This document shows positions 7,726 through 16,135 of a DNA stretch of 28,670 nt, in pieces; the stretch's first letter is position 1, and every line of letters starts with the position of its first letter. This DNA is from a virus (taxonomy: Duplodnaviria; Caudoviricetes). The stretch is taken from IMG/VR virus record IMGVR_UViG_3300037458_001131, positions 1 to 28,670 of that record. One strand, 5' to 3'. Under the pieces are notes generated by a model. The model saw only the letters and a list, made by a program, of their open reading frames with translations, was not told the origin of the DNA and did not search any database. The translations under genes and the position numbers were made by a program.

Positions 7726-9545
7726 AGCTCGGTCCTTATCTTGCTTCCCTTGTCGGTCTTGATGACCACGAGCTGCCCACCACTGCAGTTGAAGTCCAAG
7801 GAGCGGTGGTCAGCAATGAAGATGCGACGTTGATAGCGCGTCGCCCGCTCTTCCAGAGTTTGCAACAGGTTCTTGATTCCTCCTTCACTCAGCCAATTGC
7901 TGGGCTCATCCCAGAACTCGAAGTCCGGGGATACCCCGGAACGCGCACTCAGCAGGTTGCTGATCCCCAGCTGAACCGCCAGCCGCAAACGCTGCGACTC
8001 CCCACCTGACCAGGCCTCCCACGGGACGGCCGTGCCCTTCGTCTCGGGCCCCTGCACGTTGACGAGGAAGCCCCGCTTGACTCCACCGCCCTTCGTCTCC
8101 TTCTCCACCGCGAACTCGATGCTCCAGTCCACCAGCCCCAGCTGCACCAGGCATTCGTTCGCTTCGGCGTTGAGCTGACGCAGGCTCTCTTGGATCAGGA
8201 AGAAGCGGATGTCCTTGAGCTGCTTTGCCCAGAAGCCGAAGGCGTTCTCATGCCACTGTGCGTCAGTCCTCGCCTCCTTCGCCTTCGCAAGCTGTTGACG
8301 CACGCGCTTCTCTTGCTTGGCGAAGAGCTTGCGTTGACGTTCCCACGGACTCTCGTCGTCCCTGACCTCGCGCACCCGATCCCGCTTCTGCTTGATGCGC
8401 TCTTGGAGAGTCGTCAGGTGGGACCGCTGCAGCTCGAGCATCTGCAGGGCCTTGCTGTTGTCCGGCAGCTGCTCCTTGAACTCAGCCAGCTCCTCCTCGG
8501 CCTTCTGTCGCTTCTTCTTCACCTCCTTCCCGCGCTTGTCCAACACCCGCGCCTGCGCGCCCAACTCTACGAAGCGCGTCCGAAGGTGCAACCGATGCTG
8601 CCGCACGGCCTCGGGGCGAACCTCCTGACCGCAGGCCCGACACTTGGCCCCGGCCTTGAGCATCCCTTGCTCCTCGCGCTCGAGGGCTTCGATAGCTGCC
8701 GCATTCGTTTCCTGCTCGTACCCGATGCGGCGGGATTGCTCCAGCAGCTCTAGCAACGTGCGCTCCAGCTCGCGCAGCTTCTTGTCGGCCTCCTTCCGAT
8801 CAGCAGCCCATCCCTCCGCGTCGCGTCGCGTCACAGCAACGGAGCGTGCGACGCGCTCCGCCTCTTGCTCGAGCTCCTGTAGCTCCTGCGTCAGGGCGAC
8901 GAGCTTTGCCCCCTGACGCGCCTTCCACTCGCGCTCGGCTTCGGTGAAGTCCTGCGCTTTCAGCCCCTGGAGCTGCCCCTTGAGTTCGGAGACGCTCAGG
9001 GAAGCCGCGCTCAACTCCTGCGCGAACTCCTTCTGCAAAGCAGCCGCGGTGCGTGCCTTCTGCTCCCAGAACTCCAGCCCCATGATCTCCGCGTAGAGCT
9101 CCATGCGCGACGCGGGGGACAGGTCGATGAAGGCGGGGGAGAACTGCGCGAAGTAGCAGGTGTGCAAGAACGCATCGGGGGACAGGCGTACGTAGGCATC
9201 CACCTCGGCTTGATCGACCTCCTTCCCCGACAGGGACAGGGTGATGCCTCGCGCACGCACGCGCTGCACCACGTCCTTCCCGAACTGCAGCTCGACCCGG
9301 CACGGTCCCTTGTAGCGCCAGGCCTTGACGTTCTCCCCTTTCAGGTTGCGCGACGTCTTGCCGTACAGGGCCCAGTAGACGGCCTCGAAAAGCGAGGACT
9401 TGCCCGCCCCGTTCGCCTCGAGATCGGGCTCCACCTCGTTGACCCCGGACACAAGATAGAGCCCGGGAGCGAAAGCGCCGAGGTCAAGCGTCTGCGGGCT
9501 GCGGAAGCTGCGAAAGCCTTCCAACGTCAGTCTCTTCAGCTTCAT
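7722..9545 (-). CDS. SbcC/Rad50 (T4 gp46-like) ABC-ATPase recombination subunit
   Basis: GFRSF, Walker A NGAGKSS, Q-loop FAQ, coiled coil with Zn-hook CRAC, signature WSGGE, Walker B FWDEP and an H-loop. Confidence 0.93.
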   Translation of the reverse strand: MKLKRLTLEGFRSFRSPQTLDLGAFAPGLYLVSGVNEVEPDLEANGAGKSSLFEAVYWALYGKTSRNLKGENVKAWRYKGPCRVELQFGKDVVQRVRARGITLSLSGKEVDQAEVDAYVRLSPDAFLHTCYFAQFSPAFIDLSPASRMELYAEIMGLEFWEQKARTAAALQKEFAQELSAASLSVSELKGQLQGLKAQDFTEAEREWKARQGAKLVALTQELQELEQEAERVARSVAVTRRDAEGWAADRKEADKKLRELERTLLELLEQSRRIGYEQETNAAAIEALEREEQGMLKAGAKCRACGQEVRPEAVRQHRLHLRTRFVELGAQARVLDKRGKEVKKKRQKAEEELAEFKEQLPDNSKALQMLELQRSHLTTLQERIKQKRDRVREVRDDESPWERQRKLFAKQEKRVRQQLAKAKEARTDAQWHENAFGFWAKQLKDIRFFLIQESLRQLNAEANECLVQLGLVDWSIEFAVEKETKGGGVKRGFLVNVQGPETKGTAVPWEAWSGGESQRLRLAVQLGISNLLSARSGVSPDFEFWDEPSNWLSEGGIKNLLQTLEERATRYQRRIFIADHRSLDFNCSGGQLVVIKTDKGSKIRTEL

Positions 9546-9774
9546 CTTGATCCTCAGTCGGGTCGATCAGCACCATCTTGGCCTGCGTCTTGATGAGCAC
9601 CTTGCGCGCCTGGTGGACGCAGCTTACGAAGCCCACTGGGGTGAAGACGTGGTGCGCCCACTGGTGCGTCTCGTCGTCCACCCACACCACGTCCTTGAGC
9701 TCCATGCACAGGGGAACGTGCCACACCCGATACCGCATCCAATCGTCAGGGGGACCTCCCGCCATGATCCTCAT
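9484..9774 (-). CDS. Hypothetical protein
   Basis: The ATG overlaps the sbcD stop (ATGA) with RBS GGAGGA. Its 3' end runs 62 nt into sbcC. Confidence 0.5.
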   Translation of the reverse strand: MRIMAGGPPDDWMRYRVWHVPLCMELKDVVWVDDETHQWAHHVFTPVGFVSCVHQARKVLIKTQAKMVLIDPTEDQDEAEETDVGRLSQLPQPADA

Positions 9775-10793
9775 TCGTCCTCCTCCTCGAGCAGCTCGCG
9801 CCCGATCTCAAACATCGCCGGGTCGACCCCTTGCTGCTTGCAGTAGCGTCGCAGGACATCAACGTGACTCTCCTGCTTCGTTGCCTTCAGCAGCACGGGC
9901 CGCATCTTCTTGACCTCCTTACGTGAGAGGGAGACGCCGGCAAGGACCACCCCACGCTTTTGGCACCAGCGCAGGATGAGCTGCTTCTGCTCTTGCCACT
10001 CCCCCAACTCACTCTCGCGCAGGGCCAGCTCGACCTTGAGCATGTCCCCTTGACGCAGGGACTTGCCTTGCTCCTTGATCTCGCTCGCGTGCGTCAGGGT
10101 GAGCTTTGCCTTCTGGATGTTCGGCAGGGGGACGTCCACGCGCTTGCCCAGCGGGAAGGCGATAGCACGGCCGGTGAAGCTGTCCCCGAAGCGCACAGGG
10201 TAGGGGGCTCCCACGTACTCGACCTTGCCCACGCGCTGCGGCACGTGGACGTCCCCTGCGAGAATCTTGCCGCGCAGCCCTGCGAACAGGTCCGCGGTAA
10301 GCTCCGACTCGAGCCCGACCCCCGATTCCGACCGCGCCCCTGCGACCGTTGCGTGCATCAGGATGAACTGAGCCGAGTCCAAGTCCACGTCCCCCCAGTC
10401 GTTGACGAAGTCCCGGGTGTGCGGCAGCACTACGACACGCTTGTCCACGTAGGTGAGTGCCGTCGGTTCGGTGAACACCCGAATCCACGGTACGTGGTTG
10501 AGGAAGCGGAAGTACGGCACGCGCGGGTCGATGCCGTCGTGGTTCCCCTTGATGATGAATACCTCATTCAGCGGGGTGGTCTTGCGCAGCTTGGCCAGCT
10601 CGTCCACGAAGCGATTGACCAGCCGACTGCTGTGGTAGTCCTTAAACTCGGTAACGTCACCGAGAATCCACAGGGCGCTTAGGTACGAGTGCCTTGAGAA
10701 GAATTGGCCGAGGGCTGCGAACAGGCCCCACCGATACTCGTCCGTCACCCGATCTGTCAGGTGCAGGTCGCTTACTAGGACGCTTCCATTCAT
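9771..10793 (-). CDS. SbcD/Mre11 (T4 gp47-like) metallophosphoesterase nuclease
   Basis: Motifs SDLH, LGD, GNHD, MH and GDVH. The start is set to ATG 10793 (MNGSVLVSDLH) with GAGGTG upstream. Confidence 0.92.
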   Translation of the reverse strand: MNGSVLVSDLHLTDRVTDEYRWGLFAALGQFFSRHSYLSALWILGDVTEFKDYHSSRLVNRFVDELAKLRKTTPLNEVFIIKGNHDGIDPRVPYFRFLNHVPWIRVFTEPTALTYVDKRVVVLPHTRDFVNDWGDVDLDSAQFILMHATVAGARSESGVGLESELTADLFAGLRGKILAGDVHVPQRVGKVEYVGAPYPVRFGDSFTGRAIAFPLGKRVDVPLPNIQKAKLTLTHASEIKEQGKSLRQGDMLKVELALRESELGEWQEQKQLILRWCQKRGVVLAGVSLSRKEVKKMRPVLLKATKQESHVDVLRRYCKQQGVDPAMFEIGRELLEEEDE

Positions 10794-11328
10794 CGGTAGT
10801 GAACACCTCATCAAACCAGTAGACGTATGCGTCCGTCTGCGGGCCGAGCACGATGCACTTCGGCTGCAGGCGGACACCCCACTCGTTCTCCAGCGACGCT
10901 CGCCCCTTGACCGTGGTCAACATCAAGGCGGGGAAGCCGTTCTCCTTGGCAATCAGCATCGGGATGCGACGTTGCTCGACCACGCTGCGGGCCGATTGAA
11001 TCGTCACGAGCAACGCGGACCAGAACTTGGCCAGGTTGCCGATGTCCGTTGCCATCAGGAAGTTCTGCACGCCGAGCGCCTTGTAGAACTTGCACTCCAC
11101 GTGGAATCGGTCGAGGAACGGCAGGCCCACCCGATGGATGGCGCTGATGTCCCCGGCCTGCGCACCCCGATCCTTGCCCTGACGCCTCCCGATGGTCGCC
11201 CGGCCCCCACTCATCGCGGAACGCCAGAAGACGTCATCGCGCTTGCCGCGCGACACCCAGAGGCTCAGGGCCTTGCAGACAAGGCGCTCGAATCCCGCGC
11301 CCTTCTGCTTACCACCCCCCTTCTTCAT
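10657..11328 (-). CDS. PD-(D/E)XK Holliday junction resolvase-like nuclease
   Basis: GKQKGAGFER, RSAMSGG, AGDI and FHVECKFY. Confidence 0.85.
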   Translation of the reverse strand: MKKGGGKQKGAGFERLVCKALSLWVSRGKRDDVFWRSAMSGGRATIGRRQGKDRGAQAGDISAIHRVGLPFLDRFHVECKFYKALGVQNFLMATDIGNLAKFWSALLVTIQSARSVVEQRRIPMLIAKENGFPALMLTTVKGRASLENEWGVRLQPKCIVLGPQTDAYVYWFDEVFTTDEWKRPSKRPAPDRSGDGRVSVGPVRSPRPILLKALVPKRPVDSR

Positions 11329-11331
11329 CGG

Positions 11332-11517
11332 TCAGCCCCCGAAGTGTTCGTCAAACAGGCGCTCCATCCACGCGATCTGCTTGTCCGAGAGTTGCTCGAG
11401 GGTGTTCCGCTTCCGATGGTAGACCAGCGTGCGGATGAAGTCATCCTCGCGGTCGCTGATGTCCACGGTATCGAGCAGGCCTTCCAGCCGGTCGATCTTG
11501 CCTTGCGTACTAACCAT
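11332..11517 (-). CDS. Small hypothetical protein (61 aa, MVSTQGKIDRL...LSDKQIAWMERLF)
   Basis: ATG 11517 with RBS GGAGG. It fills the gap between neighbours. Confidence 0.6.
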   Translation of the reverse strand: MVSTQGKIDRLEGLLDTVDISDREDDFIRTLVYHRKRNTLEQLSDKQIAWMERLFDEHFGG

Positions 11518-11803
11518 GACGGACCTCCAGAGCGTGGACCCGTTCCAGCCAGACCTTCTCCGCGGCCGCCCACGCATCAGCCGCGTTGCTAAAGCTCCCC
11601 TTGGTCGACCAGCGGATGTAGGTCCACAGGCCATCGAGCATCTGCTCCTCGCAGACGTGATAGCAGCCCATGACGGACTCCAGGTCCTTGCGGAAAACGC
11701 CATCGACTCGCTTCAGGATGACGACCCGGCGCATGTTGTCCGGCGGGATGTTGAAGGTCCAGGTGATCTGGCTGGCGTGGTGCAGCATCTGCGGGTTACT
11801 CAT
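11510..11803 (-). CDS. Hypothetical protein
   Basis: The ATG overlaps the recA end, with RBS GGAGGA, in the tightly packed operon. Confidence 0.55.
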   Translation of the reverse strand: MSNPQMLHHASQITWTFNIPPDNMRRVVILKRVDGVFRKDLESVMGCYHVCEEQMLDGLWTYIRWSTKGSFSNAADAWAAAEKVWLERVHALEVRHG

Positions 11804-12713
11804 ACTTCCTCCCCTTCGGCAGGAATGCCTTCTCGATCTCGAACCATGCCGCCTGCACCGCCTCGCGCGTGCTGTCGTGCGTCAGGGGCGCCTTCTTGCC
11901 GCAGGCCGCGAGGAAGTCCCGACTAGCGGCCTTGTCGTCAATGCCGTAGCCGAAGACGATCTTGAACTCGCACTCACGGAACGGCATGCCGATCTTGTTC
12001 TTCTTGCACTTCGCGCGGATGTTGACGCCGACGGTGCGGGTGATCTTGTTGATCGTCTTCTTGACCTGCCCGATGTTCGCCAGCCACAGGATCTGCGAGG
12101 CGTAGAAGTCCAGCGCCTTGCCCCCGCTGCGGGTGTGCTTCTCGCCGAAAGCAACCCCGATGTTGTCCCGCACCTGCGAGATGATGAGCACGAGCGTCTG
12201 GCTGCGCTCGAGTGGCTTGATGAGACGACGGAACAGCTGCCCGAGCTGCTTCGGCTTGGAAGCGCCGTAGGTCGAGTCGCTGATCTTGCGCTCCTGCTCC
12301 GCCTTGTCGGACAGGGCATCGAGACTGTCGACCACGTAGATGCCCGGGCCGGGACGCTTGATGAAGGTCAGGAGGTCCTCGAAAAGGTCCTCCACGGTCG
12401 AGACGTCAGGCCGGTGCACCCCCTCCATGTCCAGGCCGAGGGCACGCGCGTACTCGTCATCGAAGGCGGCCTCCGTCTCGCAGTAGGCCATCTTGCCGTC
12501 GGGGAACTGACGCCTGAAATTGGCGAAGGCTTCGATTGCCAGCAGCGTCTTGCCGGTGCTCTTGTCACCGACGAGGTTGGCCATGCGGCCGAGGGGCCAG
12601 CCTCCACCGAGCACGCAGTCGAGCACCGCGCACCCTGACGAGACGAAGCTGAGGTGTGTCTTCGGGGAGGAGAAGAACAGTCCCCCCTCTTTCTTCAATA
12701 CGGGACGAGGCAT
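11796..12713 (-). CDS. recA: RecA/UvsX-like recombinase
   Basis: LD.VLGGGWPLGR, Walker A GDKSTGKT, VVDSL, SQVRDNIG, SGGKALDFYAS and KNKIGMPFRE. It is a compact core without the long C-terminal domain. Confidence 0.93.
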   Translation of the reverse strand: MPRPVLKKEGGLFFSSPKTHLSFVSSGCAVLDCVLGGGWPLGRMANLVGDKSTGKTLLAIEAFANFRRQFPDGKMAYCETEAAFDDEYARALGLDMEGVHRPDVSTVEDLFEDLLTFIKRPGPGIYVVDSLDALSDKAEQERKISDSTYGASKPKQLGQLFRRLIKPLERSQTLVLIISQVRDNIGVAFGEKHTRSGGKALDFYASQILWLANIGQVKKTINKITRTVGVNIRAKCKKNKIGMPFRECEFKIVFGYGIDDKAASRDFLAACGKKAPLTHDSTREAVQAAWFEIEKAFLPKGRKYE

Positions 12714-12735
12714 CTGCTTTCCTTGTTGGTTGTCG

Positions 12736-12768
12736 AAAAAGGGAGGCCCCTCGAAAGAGGCCTCCCTT
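12736..12768 (-). terminator. Rho-independent terminator downstream of the SSB gene
   Basis: Minus strand GGGAGGCCTCT-TTCG-AGGGGCCTCCC-TTTTT: an 11-bp stem with one G-U pair, a UUCG loop and a U-tract. Confidence 0.85.
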
Positions 12769-12786
12769 CGTGCCGCCGGGGACTGG

Positions 12787-14142
12787 CTACTTCTTCAGCT
12801 TCTTGATCTTGTCCTTCCAGGACTTGCGCTTCGGCTCGTCCTCCTCGTCGTCCTCGTCCTCGTCGTCGTCCTTGGCCTTCTTCTTGCGCTTCGGCTCGTC
12901 CTCCTCGTCGTCCTCGTCCTCGTCGTCGTCCTTGGCCTTCTTCTTGCGCTTCGGCTCGTCCTCCTCGGCCTCGTCCTCGTCGTCGTCCTTGGCCTTCTTC
13001 TTGCGCTTCGGCTCGTCCTCCTCGTCCTCGTCCTCGTCGTCGTCCTTGGCCTTCTTCTTGGTCTTGGGCTTCTCGATGCCGAGCTCCTCGCAGATGTGAT
13101 CGGCGGCGTCTTCGAGCGAGTCGAATTCCTGGTCGAGATCGACTTCGTGCTCCTCGGCCAGCGCCGTCAGGTCCTCCTCGTCCAGCTCATGCACCTCCTC
13201 CCAGGTCGGGAGCCCCTTGGCCTTCTTCTTGGGCTTGGCCGGCTTGTCGTCGTCCTCGTCCTCGTCGTCGTCCTTGGGCTTGCCCTTGGGCTTCTTGTTC
13301 AGCGTGCCGCGCTTGGCCGGCTTGTCGTCCTCATCGTCCTCATCGTCTTCGTCCTTGGCCTTCTTGGCCTTGGCCTTGTCCGCCTTGGCCTTCTTGGCCT
13401 CCTTGCTTTCGGTGATCTCGCCGCCGAAGGCTTCGCGGATGTGATCGTACTCGGCGAACTGCAGGACGTCGGGAATCGGGTTCTCGATGATGTACTGCAT
13501 CCACTTCTCGTGGTCGTCCTCGTCCTCGGACAGGGGCGACGGCCGCCGGTCGATCTGCACGCCGGTGTACTCGAAGAACTGCGCCTTCTTGACCTTCTCG
13601 AACGAGACGTCATAGCCGTCCTCGGGCGAGTCGATGGCGAGGACGCCCTTCGTCTTCTTGTCGAACATCAGGGCGGCGATGTCCCTGTCGACCGTCCACG
13701 GCATGACCCACAGCTGCGGGCCTTTGCTCTCCTGCGCCCGGTCGATGATGTAGACGGCGACGCGCTTCTTCGGTTTCAGCTCGTTCGCCACGTCGTCGTC
13801 GCCGCGCTTGTCGGCCTCCATGCGCTCCTCGCAGATCGGGCAGGGCTCCTTCTTCATCTGCTCGAGGCACAGGTAGGACGAGTTGTCGGGGCCGATCTGG
13901 TAGTGCGCGAACAGCTGGTACCCGATGGCGTTGGCCCCGTCCCAGGTCGGGGGCAGGAGGCGGATGGTGTTCTCCCCCTCCTTCGGCTGCCACGTCTTGA
14001 CGTCCGAACGGACGAAGCCCTCGCGCGCCCCACCCTGCTGGTGTTGGCGCTGATGCACTTCGTCTGCCGTGCGCGGCCGGTACTGGAACTTCGGCCGCTT
14101 GCCGGTCCCGGGGCGTTCCTTGTCTTTGCTCTTGAACTTCAT
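12787..14142 (-). CDS. T4 gp32-like single-stranded DNA-binding protein with a long charged repeat tail
   Basis: NTIRLLPP, HY.IGP, YLC...CPICE (Zn), IIDR...GPQLW and DGYD. Start ATG 14142 with RBS GGAGGA. The C-terminal half is D/E/K repeats. Confidence 0.8.
   Translation of the reverse strand: MKFKSKDKERPGTGKRPKFQYRPRTADEVHQRQHQQGGAREGFVRSDVKTWQPKEGENTIRLLPPTWDGANAIGYQLFAHYQIGPDNSSYLCLEQMKKEPCPICEERMEADKRGDDDVANELKPKKRVAVYIIDRAQESKGPQLWVMPWTVDRDIAALMFDKKTKGVLAIDSPEDGYDVSFEKVKKAQFFEYTGVQIDRRPSPLSEDEDDHEKWMQYIIENPIPDVLQFAEYDHIREAFGGEITESKEAKKAKADKAKAKKAKDEDDEDDEDDKPAKRGTLNKKPKGKPKDDDEDEDDDKPAKPKKKAKGLPTWEEVHELDEEDLTALAEEHEVDLDQEFDSLEDAADHICEELGIEKPKTKKKAKDDDEDEDEEDEPKRKKKAKDDDEDEAEEDEPKRKKKAKDDDEDEDDEEDEPKRKKKAKDDDEDEDDEEDEPKRKSWKDKIKKLKK
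12823..13060. repeat. Coding tandem repeat, about 4 units of 57-60 bp (EPKRKKKAKDDDEDEDDEED)
   Basis: The sequence lines starting at 12841 and 12901 are identical (60-bp period). Two further 57-bp variants follow. Confidence 0.95.
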
Positions 14143-14152
14143 AGGTCCTCCG

Positions 14153-14419
14153 TTAGAACGAGTTGGGCTTGGCGACGGCACGAACCGCTGCCATGAAGCC
14201 CTGCTGAAGATGGGTTCGCGCGATGCTCACCCACCGCTGGTCGTGCGCCGGATCGCTCTGAAGCTTCTCGATCATGGCGCCGACAACCTGGCCGACATCC
14301 TTGATGCCGTTGATCTTGTCCACCTCCGCCTGACTCAGGCTGCGGTAGCCCTGAATCGGGGGAGGGTCAAACATCTCCCCCTGCGGAGTTGCAGGGGACC
14401 CGCTGTAGAAGTCGTGCAT
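14153..14419 (-). CDS. acb2: Acb2 / T4 Vs.4-like cyclic-oligonucleotide sponge (anti-CBASS)
   Basis: IQGYRSLSQAEVDKINGIK and RWVSIARTHLQQGFMAAVRAVAKPNSF match the Acb2 pattern I.GYR.LS..EID..N..K ... RW..I..T..Q.G.MA..RA.A.P.SF. Confidence 0.88.
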   Translation of the reverse strand: MHDFYSGSPATPQGEMFDPPPIQGYRSLSQAEVDKINGIKDVGQVVGAMIEKLQSDPAHDQRWVSIARTHLQQGFMAAVRAVAKPNSF

Positions 14420-14461
14420 GCTTTACCTCTCTTGGTTGCTCTGCGTTGCTGTGATGGCCGG

Positions 14462-14974
14462 TCACTCGTCGTCGCCCTGTGCCCTCCTCTTGCGCCAGGC
14501 TGTCTTGGCCATGCTGGCCTTGGCATCCTTGACTGCGGTTTCCCCACCCTTGACCGTCACGCGGTCGAAGTAGCCGGAGACGTACAGGCTCCCCAGCTCG
14601 CGCAGCATCTTGCCGCGCTGGTCATAGCTCTCCTTCAAAGCGTAGAGCGTGTCGGCCCTGCGCTTTGCGTCGGCAAAGGCTTCGTGCGCCGAGATGTGTG
14701 CGTCGTCCTGGATGACGAGGTCGCCGATCTTCTGCTCCGACGTCCGCTCCGCAGCCTTTGCAGCCTTCTTGCGGTAAACCGCGGCTAGCTGCGCATCGGT
14801 GCGTGCCAGCTCCTCCTTCGCGGCATCACGTTGCGAGGCCGCCAGCACGTACTCCTCGGACACGCGCAGGTAGAGGAAGGGCTGGCGCAGCATCTCCTCG
14901 TCCAGGCTGTCGCGGTCGATCTGCAGCGCGCCGCGCAGCTCGGTGATCGGGTCAGGCTTGCCTTTGAGCTTCAT
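14462..14974 (-). CDS. UvsY-like recombination mediator / coiled-coil protein
   Basis: An all-helical LQID...LDEE..RQP.LY ... QRGKML..LGSL pattern, located near the SSB and RecA genes. Confidence 0.55.
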   Translation of the reverse strand: MKLKGKPDPITELRGALQIDRDSLDEEMLRQPFLYLRVSEEYVLAASQRDAAKEELARTDAQLAAVYRKKAAKAAERTSEQKIGDLVIQDDAHISAHEAFADAKRRADTLYALKESYDQRGKMLRELGSLYVSGYFDRVTVKGGETAVKDAKASMAKTAWRKRRAQGDDE

Positions 14975-14977
14975 GGT

Positions 14978-15946
14978 TCAGTCTCCGAAGAGCAGTGATG
15001 CGATGGACAGGAGCAGCGGCCCCTTGCCTTCGCTGGGGTTGTACGTGCCAGAGAAGGCGTGCAGCACCGCCGCGAGCCGTACCGCCTGCTTCTCTCCCTG
15101 TGTGCCGAGGAGTGCTTTCGTCGCGTAGTTGTAGATCGTCAGGCGCACCCCTTCCATGTTGCCTTCGTCCATCCCTTCGACCAGCCGGCGAGCCTCGTCC
15201 CACCCGAAGCCCTGTCCCTTGACGATGAGGCGCGCGAGGGCGATGGCCCCCTCGGACTGCTCGACCGAGTCGATCAAGGACAACACCTCGTCCTTGCTTT
15301 CGGCAGCCGCGCAGGCGTTCAAGAACGACAGGGCGCGACGCGGTGAGCCCTCGGCCTTGCGTGCGATCAAGCCGACCAGCTTTGCCCCCAGCGTGATTCC
15401 CTCGGACTCCGCGATCCCTTCGAGCCACTCCGCCAACGTGTCGGGGCGCACCGGCTTGAGCGAGTACGCGAGGCAGCGCGTCTTGATCGTCTCCGGCACC
15501 TTGTCGGGCTCGGTCGTGCAGAACACCCAGAAGACGTGCGCAGGGGGCTCTTCGATGCTCTTCAGCAGGGCCTGCCACGCCGGCTTGCTCAGGGAGTGGC
15601 ACTCGTCCATGATGATGAGGCGCGGGGCTTCCCCCCACCCGCGGAAGGGAAGGGTGCTGAGGATGCTGCGAACCGACTCGATGCCGGAGAAGGATGCCGC
15701 GTCAATCTGACTGATGTTCTCCGGCAGGACCTTCATCTCCCGTGCTATCAGCCGGGCGATTGTCGTCTTCCCTGTCCCGCTGGGGCCGGTGAACAGAAAG
15801 GAGTGCGGCCGTGTCTTGTTGCGGATGGCCGTCGTCAGGCTGCGCACCACCGCTTCCTGACCCACCAGCTCCTCCCACGTCTGCGGGCGGTACTTGAGGA
15901 TCAGGCTGGATGGTGTCGGGGAGTCTGGCGCTTTCTTCTTGAGCAT
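14978..15946 (-). CDS. DnaX (gamma/tau)-like AAA+ clamp loader subunit
   Basis: KYRPQTWEELVGQ, Walker A GPSGTGKTT, Walker B DECH, LLKSIEEPP and the arginine-finger TRC. It lacks the Zn module. Confidence 0.92.
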   Translation of the reverse strand: MLKKKAPDSPTPSSLILKYRPQTWEELVGQEAVVRSLTTAIRNKTRPHSFLFTGPSGTGKTTIARLIAREMKVLPENISQIDAASFSGIESVRSILSTLPFRGWGEAPRLIIMDECHSLSKPAWQALLKSIEEPPAHVFWVFCTTEPDKVPETIKTRCLAYSLKPVRPDTLAEWLEGIAESEGITLGAKLVGLIARKAEGSPRRALSFLNACAAAESKDEVLSLIDSVEQSEGAIALARLIVKGQGFGWDEARRLVEGMDEGNMEGVRLTIYNYATKALLGTQGEKQAVRLAAVLHAFSGTYNPSEGKGPLLLSIASLLFGD

Positions 15947-16133
15947 GGGAGTTCTCCAAAGCAGCGAAGTACAGGTACATCTGGTACAGGAAACGGCTGG
16001 GGCTGTCCGCCGGGGTGTTGCAGATGCGCAGGGCGACGGGGCCCAGCGGCGCGATGACCATGTCCAAGTCCGTGAGCTCCCCCGTAAAGCGGAGCCCCCC
16101 TTGGCAGATGTCCGAGGTCACTTCCAAGCGCAT
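15702..16133 (-). CDS. Hypothetical protein; its 3' part overlaps the clamp loader gene out of frame
   Basis: Strong RBS GGAGGAG before ATG 16133. About 62 codons fill the polA-dnaX gap and 245 nt overlap dnaX. Confidence 0.45.
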   Translation of the reverse strand: MRLEVTSDICQGGLRFTGELTDLDMVIAPLGPVALRICNTPADSPSRFLYQMYLYFAALENSHAQEESARLPDTIQPDPQVPPADVGGAGGSGSGGAQPDDGHPQQDTAALLSVHRPQRDREDDNRPADSTGDEGPAGEHQSD

Positions 16134-16135
16134 GG

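Noticed and set aside
12823-13060. Regular ~60-bp repeats as a possible CRISPR array
   Set aside because: The units are contiguous with no unique spacers, lengths are multiples of 3, and they encode the SSB tail.
14978-15946. Programmed -1 frameshift as in E. coli dnaX
   Set aside because: I saw no A_AAA_AAG slippery site, and the protein is already gamma-sized.
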